Part shown: positions 24,983 through 39,153 of the stretch, piece by piece
How the letters are laid out: every line of letters begins with the position of its first letter
Numbering within the stretch: the first letter of the stretch is position 1
Notes under the pieces: generated by a model
The model's database searches: none
The model's input: the letters and a program-made list of their open reading frames with translations, nothing else
Told to the model about the DNA's origin: nothing
Source: Macrostomum lignano
Taxonomy: Eukaryota
NCBI GenBank assembly: GCA_002269645.1
Contig: NIVC01002889.1
Location: 67,680 to 131,679 of the forward strand
Reading direction: 5' to 3'
DNA length: 64,000 bases
Translations under genes and position numbers: made by a program

Positions 24983-26153
24983 CTCCCTAGTGACTGTCTG
25001 CCTGTATTTGAAAGTCCTGCCACTTTTCCAATGATTATTTTACAAGAACTAACACTTGCTTGGACAAAAAAGCTCACATGAACTTTTCGTCTCCATGCCA
25101 ATTCAGAGGTGGCAGCGCATTGAGCTTGATCTCATTAAATCCATTTGGCTCGATCGCCCTAGTCTAGGCTTCCCACCCTGCCAACCTTCAATTCGTTTTA
25201 ATCTCGGATTTCAGCGGCAGAGGGAAGCGCACATTTTAATCTCTTTTTATATAAAAAATATTCTAACAGTTTGGCAGATTTTTCCTGCCGAAATCTATTT
25301 TTTTTTCAGGCAAATACGCTGCAGAAACGGACAGAGTTCAGAATGCATTCGGTGAAGGTAGGAGCCGGTTAAAATCAATGTCCCATATTGGTTAGCTGAC
25401 TGTGTGCAGCAGGAGAGAAGGAGCCGCGGTACGGTAAGGCATGGGAGCGACAGTCAGCTGCGGCCATGGAGTACGGAACTTGAAATCTGGCTGGAGGGAT
25501 TGCCTGGTTGCCACGCGGAACTGCGTGCTGCGCTACCCCCTGAGGAAGAGGCACAACTCTTTCCTTCCGCTCTCCCTCCCTCCCTCTCCCTCTCTTTCCC
25601 GTTTTTAACGGCCAGCAAATTGGGAAGCGACAGTTCAGTGATAGGGCCAGCCAGCTAGAGGTAAAAAATGTTAAATCAACTGCGCAAGAATCATATGGTT
25701 CCGTATTTCGCTGTGGCAAACCTCTCGACTCGCCTGTCCGCCTCCTTGACTTCGGGCAGCTGCACTGATCTGGCCTGAGGCAGACTGGGCGCCGCTCTCC
25801 CTCAACTCCCTCGATTCCTCCCACCCACCCCTTCTGCAACACACACACACGCACGCACACACACTAGCTAAGCCGAATCCCAAAAGTCACAGATCCCACC
25901 CACTTTTCCGCGGACACTTTGCCTACTTACACACGTTTCTATCCTCGGGGACTTCGGCTCCTCTCTCGCATTCAGCGCCACATAGCAGCAGTTTCATCCC
26001 ATCGCTTCCCCAGCAGGACTTGCTTAGGAAAATTTGAAGCTGCTGCTGGACGGACGTCCAATGCTCTTCGAGCGATGCGGAGCGCTCCTTCAGTAGGGCA
26101 GCCTCGCTTGTTCTAGAATAGTAGAGTAGCCAGAAAAAGGCCAACCGGCTTCG

Positions 26154-29100
26154 ATGACGAACGCGTCGGCAGTCGTTTTTGGGTGCGCCATCATCAGCTC
26201 TCTGCTCCTGCTGCTCCGACCAGCTTCCGGTGAAATTCGTAAGTCTGGGACCCCCCCCGCAAACAAAACCAGCACCTTTCTGAGCCTTCCCGACGTAACA
26301 AAAGTCGTCAAGCACTTGAGAGGCTGAATCGGGGACCTTTGAAAGAATGAAAGACTTTTGATACGGTGAGGGACTTTTGGTACGGACCTTCGACAGCTAC
26401 AGTGAAGAACATTCGGGGACTTTGTTGCGATGCAAAAAATGGGAACTTTACTTCTAGAAATTTTCGTTAGGGCTCTTTGTCTGTGCTGTTCGAGGTGAAT
26501 GTGCATTTTTAATATCCCATACGTTTCTACGCAACCCAGCCACCATCGGCGATGACGAAGTGAAGCTGGTGAACCTGCTGTTCGAGCACAAAGGCTACAA
26601 CAGGCTGATCAGGCCAGTGGCCGATTTGAACCAAACTGTGCAGGTGGACTTTGGACTGGCGATGGTGCAGCTCATCAATGTGGTTCGTGTGGGCCTGTGT
26701 TTATGCAGCTTTCATGCAGCTTTTTGTAGCTCGTGCGTGTAGGAAATGGTTGACTATTTGATGTAGGTCTGACGTGGCTTTGACGATCATTTCATGTAGG
26801 GTTGATTCAGGTAGAGTTGATGCAGGTAGGGTTGATGCAGGTAGGGTTGATGCAGGTAGGGCTGATGCAGGTAGGGTTGATGCAGGTAGGGTTGATGCAG
26901 GTAGGGTTGATGCAGGTAGGGCTGATGCAGGTAGGATTGATGCAGGTAGGGCTGATGCAGGTAGGATTGATGCAGGTAGGGTTGATGCAGGTAGGGTTGA
27001 TGCAGGTAGGGTTGATGCAGGTAGGGTTGATGCAGGTAGGGCTGATGCAGGTAGGATTGATGCAGGTAGGGCTGATGCAGGTAGGATTGATGCAGGTAGG
27101 GTTGGTGCAGGTAGGATTGATGCAGGTAGGGCTGATGCAGGTAGGGTTGATGCAGGTAGGGTTGATGCAGGTAGGGTTGATGCAGGTAGGGTTGATGCAG
27201 GTAGGGTTGATGCAGGTAGGATTGATGCAGGTAGGGTTGATGCAGGTAGGGTTGATGCAGGTAGGATTGATGCAGGTAGGGTTGGTGCAGGTAGGGTTAA
27301 TGCAGGTAGGGTTGATGAAGAAAAGATTGGAGTAGGTTTTTGTTTTGAAGTAGGTCTGATGTGAAATGGATTCAAATTAGATGCTTTTTAAATGAAGGAA
27401 TGATTGGGTTTTGGTGCTCGAGCCTAGGTCTAATTTAAGTTAGCAAATTTCGATTTCTTCTTGTTGCCTCGCCATAACTCTTGCTACAGTCGCGCGTTAC
27501 ACTTTTACAATTGCAGGAAGAGAAGGCCCAGATTCTGAAGAGTAACGTCTGGCTTAGAATGGTAAGGCATTGGGGGGGGGGCTGTAGCCCAGTGGTCCAG
27601 CGCGGCGCTCTGAAGTGCCAGCGGCCCAGGCTCGATTCCAGGCTCGGCAGTCGCATTATTTGGGGCTGAATTGGAATCTCGGCTTGGCTCTGCTTGTGCA
27701 GTTAACTGTAATGCAGGCCAACCCCCCAGGCACAGTGAAGTGTACATGCCTAACGATAAATAAAGCTAGGGCCGCTGTACACTCCTGTGTGAGTGTGTGC
27801 CTGTGCGTATGACTGCGTACGTATCCGCGCGCTTGTGTGCCTGCTCAGGGGAGTCGGCGGAATGGGCAGCAATGCCTCTCTCCGGTTGTGTGACAATTTC
27901 GCTTAAAGTGCACACAGCCCCTGCCCCTAACTAAACTAACTAATGGTAAGGCATTCAAGTCCATAACCAACTAACTTTCGATTTTGGTGAGAACATTTTT
28001 TGCTAAACTGACTGGCACGAGCCATCCTTAAAGTCGATTTGTAAAAACTTAAAGCATTCCCAGTATTTATAATTCAATTTTGACTCTCTCAGATGTGGAA
28101 CGACTATCAGCTGCGCTGGGATCCGGCAGACTTTGGCGGAATTCAAGTGATCAGACTCAACCCGGACAAGATATGGAGGCCGGATATTGTTCTGTATAAT
28201 AAGTAAGAGCTATACGAGTATATCGTATGAAGAGCCAATATTACTAACTCATTTACGAGCCTATCAGCGCTCTATAAGCTCTAATGAACCAAGCTAGCAG
28301 AAAATAGTAAAAATCCTAGAAAATATTTTTATAATCCACACTCAGTAATAGTCAAAACCGCTACCCTACCTGAGTGAGTGAGTTACGTCACTTGCCGGTT
28401 GAGGTGAGAAAGAAGTCGCCTCTCACGGTAGGGTGGCGGTTTTAACTGTTACTGAGTGTATTTGTTAGAAAATACGCTTTAGAGATTAGTAAACTGAGCT
28501 AGTCTGTTTCCCGGGGGGGGCGGCTGTGGGTGCTGCTGCAACTTCTACATGGTAACAAACGCAGTTACGTTCATTCCAATGAGTAAAAGTACAAGTACAA
28601 GTACAAGTACAAGTACAAGTATAAGTATAAGTGTGCAAGTACAAGTACAAGTACAAGTACAAATACAAGAAAAAGTACAAGTACAAGTACAAGTACAAGT
28701 ACAAGTACAAGTACAAGTACAAGTACAACGATATCACATGTCTTTTTTGGTCGCTTTTAGAAAATTGAAAATATAAACCTTTTACTACGATTTTTGAGGG
28801 GTTACCGAGTTTTACACGTTGAAAACAAAGTATTGTATTTGTTGAGACTGTGTCTTATGGGGGCTTATTGAATCGGTTCAACCCACGGGGGCCGTGGCAC
28901 AGTGGTCACAAATTGGAATCTCGGCTTTCCTCTCCTGTGCGTATGAGTGAGTGTGTGCCTGTGCGTATGAGTGCGTACGTATCTGCGCGCTTGTGTGCCT
29001 GCTCAGGGGAGTCGGCGGAATCGGCAGTAATGCCTCTCGCCGGTTGTGTGACAATGTCGCTTGAAGTTCGCCAGGGTGCACACAGCCCCTGTCTCTGATG

Positions 29101-32100
29101 AATGACATCATATTGATAAACACGTTCACCCCGCATGTGGCAGCGCCGACGGCCGCTACGAGGTCTCCTGGGAGCCGAACGCGCTGATATTCAGCACCGG
29201 CACGGTGCTGTGGATCCCGCCGGCCATCTACCAGAGCTCCTGCACCATCCACGTCAGGTACTTTCCCTTCGACCAACAGGAGTGCGAGATGAAGTTCGGC
29301 AGTTGGACTTTCGACGCAACGCAGGTAGAAAGAAACGTTTAGCTGTATTGAAAAATGAAAAAAGTATCAAGGGGAAAGAGATGAAACAGATTCTTCAGTT
29401 GCTAGGGCTGCCCAAGTGGCGGAGCGGTGTGAGTGATGACGCGCCCAGCAACAGGCGGGAAAGTGCAGGGACTTCCCTGTCCTGGCCAGCTGCTGCCCGG
29501 CTGATCGATGGCAATCGAAAAGCGGCTGCAGGGATCGATTAGTGACAGTCGGGGCAGGCTTGGGACACTGCAGAGCACAGCTCTCACGCGGCCGGCATGT
29601 TTGCTGAGGAATCGGAATGAGCAACCAAATTAGCGCGGAGTTGGGTATTCTTGCACTCTGCCGCTGGCCTCTGTGCGAGTCTTTTAATTGTGCCCAGCTG
29701 GAGATTTTAGACTCGTGGAGTGCCCCAAATTATGGGTTCTCTTCAAGCACCATAGTTTTGATGCGAAAGTGGCATTGAGTCTGAGCTTAAATCCTAAGCT
29801 TAAGGCTTGAATCCCGGGAGCTCACAGATAGAGAGCACATGGACAACTTAAGTAAGGTATCGAAGGGACGCATGATTGAGCGCGCATTTTGAAACTGCTC
29901 CACGTGACACAAGCGCGAATTTCAACTGCTTGACTCTGGAGCAAGAGCGCATCTGAATACAACTTGAGCTCGAGTGATTTATGGCGTAGATGTTTTATGG
30001 GTATCTTGATGATTTAGCCCCTCCCCTCAAGTGAGCGCAGTTCAAGTGTATACAGAATATTCTCGAGGCTACGGGTCTAACGTATGAGGCTAGATAGGAG
30101 GGTCGCTAGTCAGGCAGGTGATGTACATCTTTTGAAGTCCTAAATGTGCGATGAGTACCTACAATTGTCTGCGCGCTTCTGCCCGTGCGCGCTTATGTCG
30201 AATATTGTAAAAAATACACATGCGCGCTTATTCTGCCCTCCCGCATCTAACGCCCATCCATCCCATCCCTCAACAGGTAGTGCTCGGGCTGTACGAGAAC
30301 TCTCGCGTTGTGGACCTGAACGACTATTGGCGTTCCGGCTCCTGGGACATCATCGACTGTCCGGGCAACATTAGCATCATCGAGAAGGCCGGCCAGCCGC
30401 CGCAGACGATGATCATCTACAAGCTGTCCATCCGGCGGAAGACCCTCTTCTACACTGTCAACCTCATCATTCCCTGCGTACTCATCTCTTTCCTCAGCGT
30501 GTGCGTATTCTACCTGCCGGCCGACGCTGGCGAGAAGATGACCCTGTGCATCTCCATCCTGCTGGCCCTGGTCGTGTTCCTGCTGCTGGTCAGCAAGATG
30601 CTGCCGCCGACCTCAATCTCGATCCCCTTGATATCCAAGTTCCTGCTGTTCACATTCATTATGAACATCTTCACCATCGTGTTCACCGTGATCATCATCA
30701 ACTGGAACTTCCGTACGCCGAGGACGCACAAGATGCCTCGCTGGGTGCGCGGCTTATTTCTGAAATTTCTGCCCAGGCTGCTGCTGATGAAGCGGCCGGA
30801 GCACATCGACCAGGAGGAGCGGCGCGAGCTCAGCATGGACAAGCTGGGCGAAGGCGGCGGCGGCGACGGCGGCTGCCATCAAAGGCGACTCCGCGGCGGC
30901 ATCAGCAGCGGTGCTGTCCGGGTCTGCGGCAATGGCGATGCAGCGAGAACTGCGAGCAGCGCCGGCGATGAGGAAGTCTCTGACCCCGAGGAGGCTGAAG
31001 ACGAGCCGGATGGAGACAGCGAGGTAGAGACTGGTGAGACGCGGCGGCGAGGGCGACGGCGAGGTCTAGCCGGGCTGGAGGTGACGCCGGAGCTCCGCAG
31101 AGCCATCGCAGCCATCAACTTCATCTCTACGCACCTGCGCGTTGAGGACGAATACAAGAGGGTTCGTTTTTTTTCTACTGCTTCTTGTGTAGAAGAGGTC
31201 GAGGTTGAGTTGTGCTCAAATGTCTGGATCAGCCTTTTACTATCAGCTCCATTTTTATTCGAAAGCAGAGCAGCTCAGCGGTAAACGCGTCCGACCCTCG
31301 AGCAACGACCCCTGGTTCGAATCCGTGCGCGGTCACATTCATTTGGGGCAATTGTGCACGGAAATTGGCCGGGGGTTGTCGTGCGATTCACAGCCATGAG
31401 GGCCAATCCCCATAGAGTCGATTAGAAAGCCAGGGCCGCTGTGCACCCTGTGTGAGCGCGTGTATGAGTGCGCGTCTGAGTACAGTATTGGGGCGCTTGC
31501 ATGTGCTCAGGGGTCAGCGGAATGGGCAGAACTGCCTCGGTGTGTGAGATGATGTTGCCGAAAGAACATCCGTTTGAAATCACTTTTTGAAAAATTATTT
31601 TTTATCTTTCGCATCTTGTCAGTTGTCAATTTTATTAACAGAATTGCTTCATTTTCAAACATTTTTTCATCAGTTTCCGTCATTTTCATAAATATGCTTA
31701 TCATTTACCATCTTTCATAATCTGATAATCACTAGCTACTGTATCTTTTACTTGCCTTATGGCTTTATTTGATCAATAATTACTAACTAGTAATCATATG
31801 TCTTTTTTCATTTTTTATTTACCATCGATTGTTCATTCCTTATTATTTACGATTTATGATTTGCGATATGTGCATTATGATTTGTGATTTATGAGTTATG
31901 ATTTATGGTGTATGCTTTGTGCTTTTTGATTTGTGATTTTTGGGTTATTATTTGTGATTTGTGATTTGTTATTTGGATTTATGATTTAGATTCATGAGTT
32001 ATGATTTGTGATTTATGAGTTATGATTTATGATCTATGCTTTGTGCTTTTTGATTTGTGATTTGTGATTTGTGGGTTATGCTTTGTGCTTTTTGATTTGT

Positions 32101-32593
32101 GATTTGTGATTTGTGGGTTATGATTTGTGATTTATGAGTTATGATTTATAATCGATGCTTTGTGCTTTTTGATTTTTGATTTGTGATTTGTGGGTTATGC
32201 TTTGTGCTTTTTGATTTTTGATTTGTGATTTGTGGGTTATGCTTTGTGCTTTTTGATTAGTGGTCTGTGATTTGGATTAATGATTTAGATTCATAATTTA
32301 TGATTTGTGATTTGGATTTATGATTTTTGATTCACTATTTATTATGCATGCTTTATAATTAAAAATGTTATGATTAATGATTTATTATTCAATCCGCGCT
32401 CCGAAACTGCCAGGTGCTGCAAGACTGGAAGTACGTGGCCTCGGTGATCGATCGCATTCAGCTGGTGATCTTCAGCTCGGTGACTCTGGTCGGCACAATC
32501 GCCATTCTGCTCAACGCGCCTTTCATACTGGAATTTGTCGACCAGGGCGCCATCATTGAGAAGCTGATAGCGGCGCAGAAGGCCGAGTCCTGA
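26154..32593 (+). CDS. Nicotinic acetylcholine receptor, non-alpha (beta-1-like) subunit, 7 exons
   Basis: Exons 26154-26238, 26540-26682, 27517-27561, 28093-28202, 29144-29324, 30277-31161, 32414-32593; all GT-AG and phase-compatible. [26 protein letters not shown], Cys-loop [27 protein letters not shown] before TM2, [13 protein letters not shown]4; no vicinal YxCC in loop C. Confidence 0.96.
26808..27317. repeat. 15-bp minisatellite (GTTGATGCAGGTAGG), about 34 copies, nAChR intron 2
   Basis: Direct reading. Confidence 0.97.
27580..27920 (+). mobile_element. SINE family A, near full length with tRNA-like head
   Basis: A-box TAGCCCAGTGG, B-box-like GGCTCGATTCC, then the shared core and tail (GTGCACACAGCCCCTG); in nAChR intron 3. 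Confidence 0.75.
28338..28459. other. 122-bp inverted-repeat hairpin (MITE-like) in nAChR intron 4
   Basis: Arms ACACTCAGTAATAGTCAAAACCGCTACCCTACC (28338-28370) and GGTAGGGTGGCGGTTTTAACTGTTACTGAGTGT (28427-28459): 33 bp with 3 mismatches. Confidence 0.75.
28583..28727. repeat. (AAGTAC)n hexamer repeat
   Basis: Direct reading. Confidence 0.95.
28885..29095 (+). mobile_element. SINE family A, internally deleted copy
   Basis: Tail nearly identical to 27800-27920 (GCGTACGTATC.GCGCGCTTGTGTGCCTGCTCAGGGGAGTCGGCGGAAT); start GGGGCCGTGGCACAGTGG. Confidence 0.7.
31265..31565 (+). mobile_element. SINE family A with tRNA-like head
   Basis: A-box-like CAGCTCAGCGG, B-box GGTTCGAATCC, shared core GATTAGAAAGCCAGGGCCGCTGTGCACCCTGTGTGAG; nAChR intron 6. 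Confidence 0.75.
31850..32330. repeat. Degenerate (TTTGTGA)n / (TTATGA)n repeat, nAChR intron 6
   Basis: Direct reading. Confidence 0.9.
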
Positions 32594-32918
32594 GTTAAGG
32601 TGTTAATTTAGGCCAAACGGCTGATCCATGTACTGTGAGTACAAGCCTAATTCAAGTTTCATTTGAAATGTGCACCAATTGCCTCTGACACGCTTAAGCT
32701 GAGTAGTGTAGCTAGCTATATTTAATTAGCTAGAAGTGCTTTTGCGGCTTAAAAAGCCTCTTGCACAAATGTACATCATGTTTATAGCTATTTGCGCAAA
32801 TAATTTGTACTCTTTTTGCACTCAATCATATTGCTGGGCACCCAAACTTGCAATTTATAGTCACAGAGTATTGTCAAAGGCTGAGGGCCTAGCATAGCTC
32901 AAAAAGGCGACTTTGACG

Positions 32919-33190
32919 CAAGGACTACTCAAGTACAAGGACGGGAAACAACGTTTCTCAGAAAAAGTTAGGGAGGCTGGTTTTCGCCGAAAAATACACT
33001 ATGGAGATTTCATTTTCATTTTTTCAGCACAAGTTTCATTTTGTTATTGCTTTCTATAAGAGGAAAACCCAATTTTCATCTTTTGATATGTTGTGCCTTT
33101 CTTATAGCTCTATTGATAATTTGATATTTATAAAACCAGTCTCCTTAACATTTTCTAAGAGACGTACTTCCCGTCCTTGAGTAGTCCTTG
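32919..33190. mobile_element. hAT-like MITE, about 272 bp
   Basis: About 60-bp imperfect TIRs starting CAAGGACTACTCAAG / CTTGAGTAGTCCTTG; flanks CTTTGACG (32911-32918) and CTTTGATA (33191-33198) look like a decayed 8-bp TSD. Confidence 0.65.
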
Positions 33191-34131
33191 CTTTGATAAA
33201 GCTCATCAACTCGTTTATAATATAAATTACAAGTTTGGATGTCCAATCCTTGGCTCGCTGGTTTCTCGGTCAGAAACGTTGCGTGTTGTCTATGGCCAAA
33301 CCCGAGTTAGCTTTATTCTTAGCTTAGGGTAAACTACTTGAAGTAGCTTAAACTCGAGTACATTAAAGAGTTAGGAAGCGGTCTCATGAAGTCTTCAAAT
33401 TTTGCAGCGATTTTGTCCCTCAATAATTACTTTTTCGAATGCATTCTACTCCGCATGCAATTGTGCTCTAGCTGTCCTCAACTCCTCACACAGCTAATTT
33501 GAGAATTGTTGCAATTGTTTTGCTGCATTTCTAAATATGCGAACTTTGTCCAAATCAAAATCTGATTCAAAAGTGCTAAAAACAGTGCGTTCAAAAATTT
33601 CAGATTATGTTTCTAATATTTTATATTGTCATTAGCTTATTATATAAAGTGCTGTTTCTGATAGCTCCGCAATAATAAGTATCTTGTTTCCATGGCACCA
33701 TATATTCGAACTAGGCTTGAAAAGTACACGTTAATAATTTGGCATCGCTATAAGACCTGGATTTTTCACCTGTTGATAGAGACTTGTGCCAAGAATGTGT
33801 TGGCATTATTTTGTTGAAAAATAAAAGTGCACGATAGAATTCGATCGAGTGCTTTATGTTCAAGATCAAAGCACCTCGTAAATTATAATTGGTTCAGGTG
33901 AAACCGGTATACAGGATATGTAATGCTGTCACCAATAAAGTTAACAATTTTTCTCAATGATTTCCAGCAGCCTTGACGGTACGACAGTTATAGAAATGAT
34001 TTAAGGAATCATGCAGAAGTTTGTTTCTACAAAGAAGCAAACAAATAACACAGGGAATCACAGGTGATCACAGGGGATCACAATAAAGCCACAATAATTC
34101 ACTGACAAAGGTGAGCTTACACCCGGAAGTG

Positions 34132-35798
<1,667 letters not shown>

Positions 35799-36569
35799 TG
35801 GGGTAATTCTTAACAAAAATTTGGCTTCTTAACAATAGAAAACAACTTGGCTCTGCTGTTAATTTATATACACAGGTCGGTGAACAACAACAATAATAAT
35901 AAAAGGCGACTGTCGGTACAAGATTAAACAAACCAGATTAAACCTGTTCTGGCGGCAACGGAATCGGCTGCATAACTGCAAATCCATGGCTGTAACTCCG
36001 TCACGTGTGGCGCGCACCTGCATGGAAATTGATAAGATATTCCTGTGCTTACTGGCTTGCTTGCATTGTGAGAAAATTCACAATGAGCGTTGATTTTATT
36101 AAACAACATTGTATGGAACTTTTATCAGTTCCAGTGAGCTCAGTTTTAGAGATTTGCTCACAGCCGAACCGAAATGAGCTTGTTGAGTAGTTCCCGACGC
36201 CCCGAGGCTCGCGCTAAGAACGAAGATTGATTAAATAATTTCAATTGCATCCCCTATTAGTACAATAAGTAGAAGTGGTGACCTTCCCCGAGACAATTTT
36301 GCTTTGAGTTTCTATCCGCCAAGTTTTGCGACAAATTTCTAGATCGCAGCATTCGTTACCGTCCAGATCGTATACAACGTTTTTAATGGCAAGGTCGGAT
36401 ATTAGGCTCTCTCTTAGTCACTGGTGCAGTGACTAGGTTACAGCCTGTCTGTCAACTTGCCTTTCATTTAGCATTAGAAACTGTCACAGAACGTGCCACG
36501 TATAAAAAGTTGCGGACTCTCGAGAAGCCAAATCCGCTGCATTATTTTTATGCGGTTCATTTTACTATA

Positions 36570-36883
36570 TATAGCTTTTTGCGTTCAATTTAAGATCGCG
36601 CTGAGTTGAAATAACAATTTAACTGACAGACAGATCGCAGGATGGATCGAACAGCGATCAAAGATGAAACGTCTCTAACATGAACAAAGGCAAAGTCTAT
36701 GGTTCTCAAATTGAACGCTAATTTTCTTAAATTGAACGCAAAAACGGTTTTGGCCCACAGCAGCACCCCCATTTTTTACCATAGACATCTCTGCCAGCCG
36801 CCACTTGCAGCCAATGTGGCCATGCTCACTTCAAATTCTTAAATTGAGTGCAAATTTTATGAACTTGAACGCAAAAAGCTATA
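36570..36883. mobile_element. Tc1/mariner-type MITE, about 310 bp
   Basis: Perfect 20-bp inverted repeat ATATAGCTTTTTGCGTTCAA (36569-36588) / TTGAACGCAAAAAGCTATAT (36865-36884), interpretable as TIR plus TA duplication; internal TTGAACGC sub-repeats. Confidence 0.65.
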
Positions 36884-38235
36884 TTAATCGCTGTGCGCCC
36901 GAGGATTTGCCATTGACGCCCGCAAAGCATGGGCATTACTGTTATTATAGTTAGACTAGGCGTGTTGAAACGGGGAGAAACGCACGGCATCTCGCCCGCT
37001 GCAATAATCTATGGCCAACTTCAATAAGTAAAAAAACTCGTATGCATATAAGTATCTAGTTAATTTTTCTACAACTTAAAGTAAAGCTTAGTGCTGCTTA
37101 ACAATTCTTAGTATCAGTTACTATTTTTTCAATTCGCAAAATAAGGAGTTTTGGCCATAGACAATTTTTGGATTTCATTATTTCTTTCTTTGTCTTGTGT
37201 GCCGGTGTGGGGGGGGCTCAGCGCCCCCTTGACCCCGCTTTCTTCTGACTTTGCCATAGACATTTTCAGCGGGCCGTGAAACCGACTGAATGCATTGGAG
37301 TAAATGGGATTTTACCATAGACAGTCTCAGCGGCCCGTGAAACGCGGTTTCACGCCCGCTAACTATAACACTAATATGGATGGGCCGCATCGGGCAGAAA
37401 CGAGCTAACACTCCTCGGCGCTATTGTGCCATAGACGCAGATCAAGGCTGCGAGAGAAGGAATGGAAGAGCGGGTGCAGGAGCTAAGTTTCAACCATGGA
37501 CACTTCCATTTGATGAAAACGAAGCTTTTCACGCAGCACTGCAGTCTATAGAAACAAAAGTTGCAGCACAGTATAAAAGAGATTGAACCAGCAATTTTTC
37601 TGGCATTAAATTAAAGTTTTGACTTAAAATTTCGTTCGATTCATGCGAGTTTGACTGTAGTCCACGCTCGTACGGTTTTTATGGGATTGATTAAGCGCCT
37701 GCCGGGCAAAAGGTTATTGTGCAATTATACAATATCGATGCTTCTTTAGGTTCAACAATTAAATTACAGATTTGCCAGCTCGTACACCTCTGCAAGATGC
37801 GCACTGTCTCCGACTAGATGTCCAGTGCACTAATCTTTGGGTGCGCATCTCTCAAAGATGACAGTGACAGTGCGCATCTCTCTGCAAGATGCGCACTGCA
37901 TCTTGCAGAGAGATGGATAGATGGTAAAACCACAGTCCCTGTGGGTTTTACAATCCATCAGCTGGATCGCGATTCGCTAAAACACAGGCGCGAGAGAGCA
38001 TATTAATGCGCTTTTAGCCTAACTTGTCAAATGTACACTGCCTACCAAACTCTGCGATTCTGTATAGGTACAAGCTCTGCGTCCAAGTTCTGTCTGTCTG
38101 TATCTCTCTCTCCCCCTATCCTTTCTTTGCTCAGTAATGCGTGACCCTGCAGATAGTAGGCAAAAATAGAGAGAAAGCGCGAATCGTCGGAGAAGCATTT
38201 GAAAGCCACCAGTAGAGCTTCCCAGAGTGCCCGAG

Positions 38236-39153
38236 ATGGAGCCAGTACTGGACGCCAGCGGCCAGCCCATCAGCGGCATCGTCCACACGCCGGATGCTGA
38301 GGGTGTCACGGTGAAGAATCGCCTATGGCGCGGCTACTACGTGTCGGACTTTCCCGAGGCCGAGGTGCGCATGGACAGGCTGTGCGAGTTCAGCCCCAGG
38401 CCCGACGACGTGTTCATCTACGCTTATTTAAAGTGCGGCACCCACTGGCTGCACGAGATCTGTCACTTCCTGCTGACTGGCCAGGCCGAGGTCCGGCCGC
38501 AACCCAAGGAGCTGGCCATGGTTGAGGCGGCCGACCTTGAAGATTTAGATAAGATCCCATCGCCTCGAGTGCTCAATTGTCACATGCGCTGCTCAATCCT
38601 GCCGCAGCGGCTGGTCGCTGGCAACAAAATTATCTACGTTGTGCGCAATCCCAAGGACACGGCCGTCTCGCTGTACCATCACGTGGCGGGCATAGACGAC
38701 TACGAGTACAAGGGAAGCTTCAAAGGGTTCCTGGGCCTGTTCGAGAACGGCACCATGGACGCTGGGTCTTGGTTCAGTCATACCCGAGACTTCCTGACCG
38801 CCATGGCCCGAGAAGGCGGCGGCAACATCCTCATGGTGGAGTTCGAGCGGCTGAAACGGGACCCGGAGTCTCAGATCCGGCGCATCGCCAGGTTCCTGCT
38901 CGACATAGACATCTCGGACAGTCTGCTGACCGCCATCTGCGAGAAGGTGTCCTTCAAGAGCATGCAGAAAGCGCGCAGCAACGATTTCAAAGAGTTCTTC
39001 AACGAGCGGGCCAGCCAACACGGCTTCTACCGCAAGGGAGAGGTCGGCGATTGGAGAAACTACTTTGATGAGGAGTCCAGCCTCCGCATTGATCGTCTGT
39101 GCGCCGAGGCTCTGGCCGGCTTTGAGAACCTCTATCAGCCCATTTACGAGTGA
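38236..39153 (+). CDS. Cytosolic sulfotransferase (SULT1-like), intronless, 305 aa
   Basis: PAPS-binding motifs YLKCGTHW, VRNPKDTAVSLYHH and RKGEVGDWRNYF; first ATG at 38236. Confidence 0.96.
   Translation: MEPVLDASGQPISGIVHTPDAEGVTVKNRLWRGYYVSDFPEAEVRMDRLCEFSPRPDDVFIYAYLKCGTHWLHEICHFLLTGQAEVRPQPKELAMVEAADLEDLDKIPSPRVLNCHMRCSILPQRLVAGNKIIYVVRNPKDTAVSLYHHVAGIDDYEYKGSFKGFLGLFENGTMDAGSWFSHTRDFLTAMAREGGGNILMVEFERLKRDPESQIRRIARFLLDIDISDSLLTAICEKVSFKSMQKARSNDFKEFFNERASQHGFYRKGEVGDWRNYFDEESSLRIDRLCAEALAGFENLYQPIYE

Noticed and set aside
26701-27375. DAGRV / LPAST / QVGLM ORFs
   Set aside because: 15-bp intronic repeat open in multiple frames.
27580-27660. Possible tRNA genes here and at 31265-31335 and 15350-15425
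   Set aside because: A/B boxes are present but no cloverleaf closes, and each continues into a shared SINE body.
37150-37440. Repeated CCATAGAC words and GCCGTGAAAC direct/inverted copies
   Set aside because: Suggestive of a transposon remnant, but no ends or TSD could be defined.
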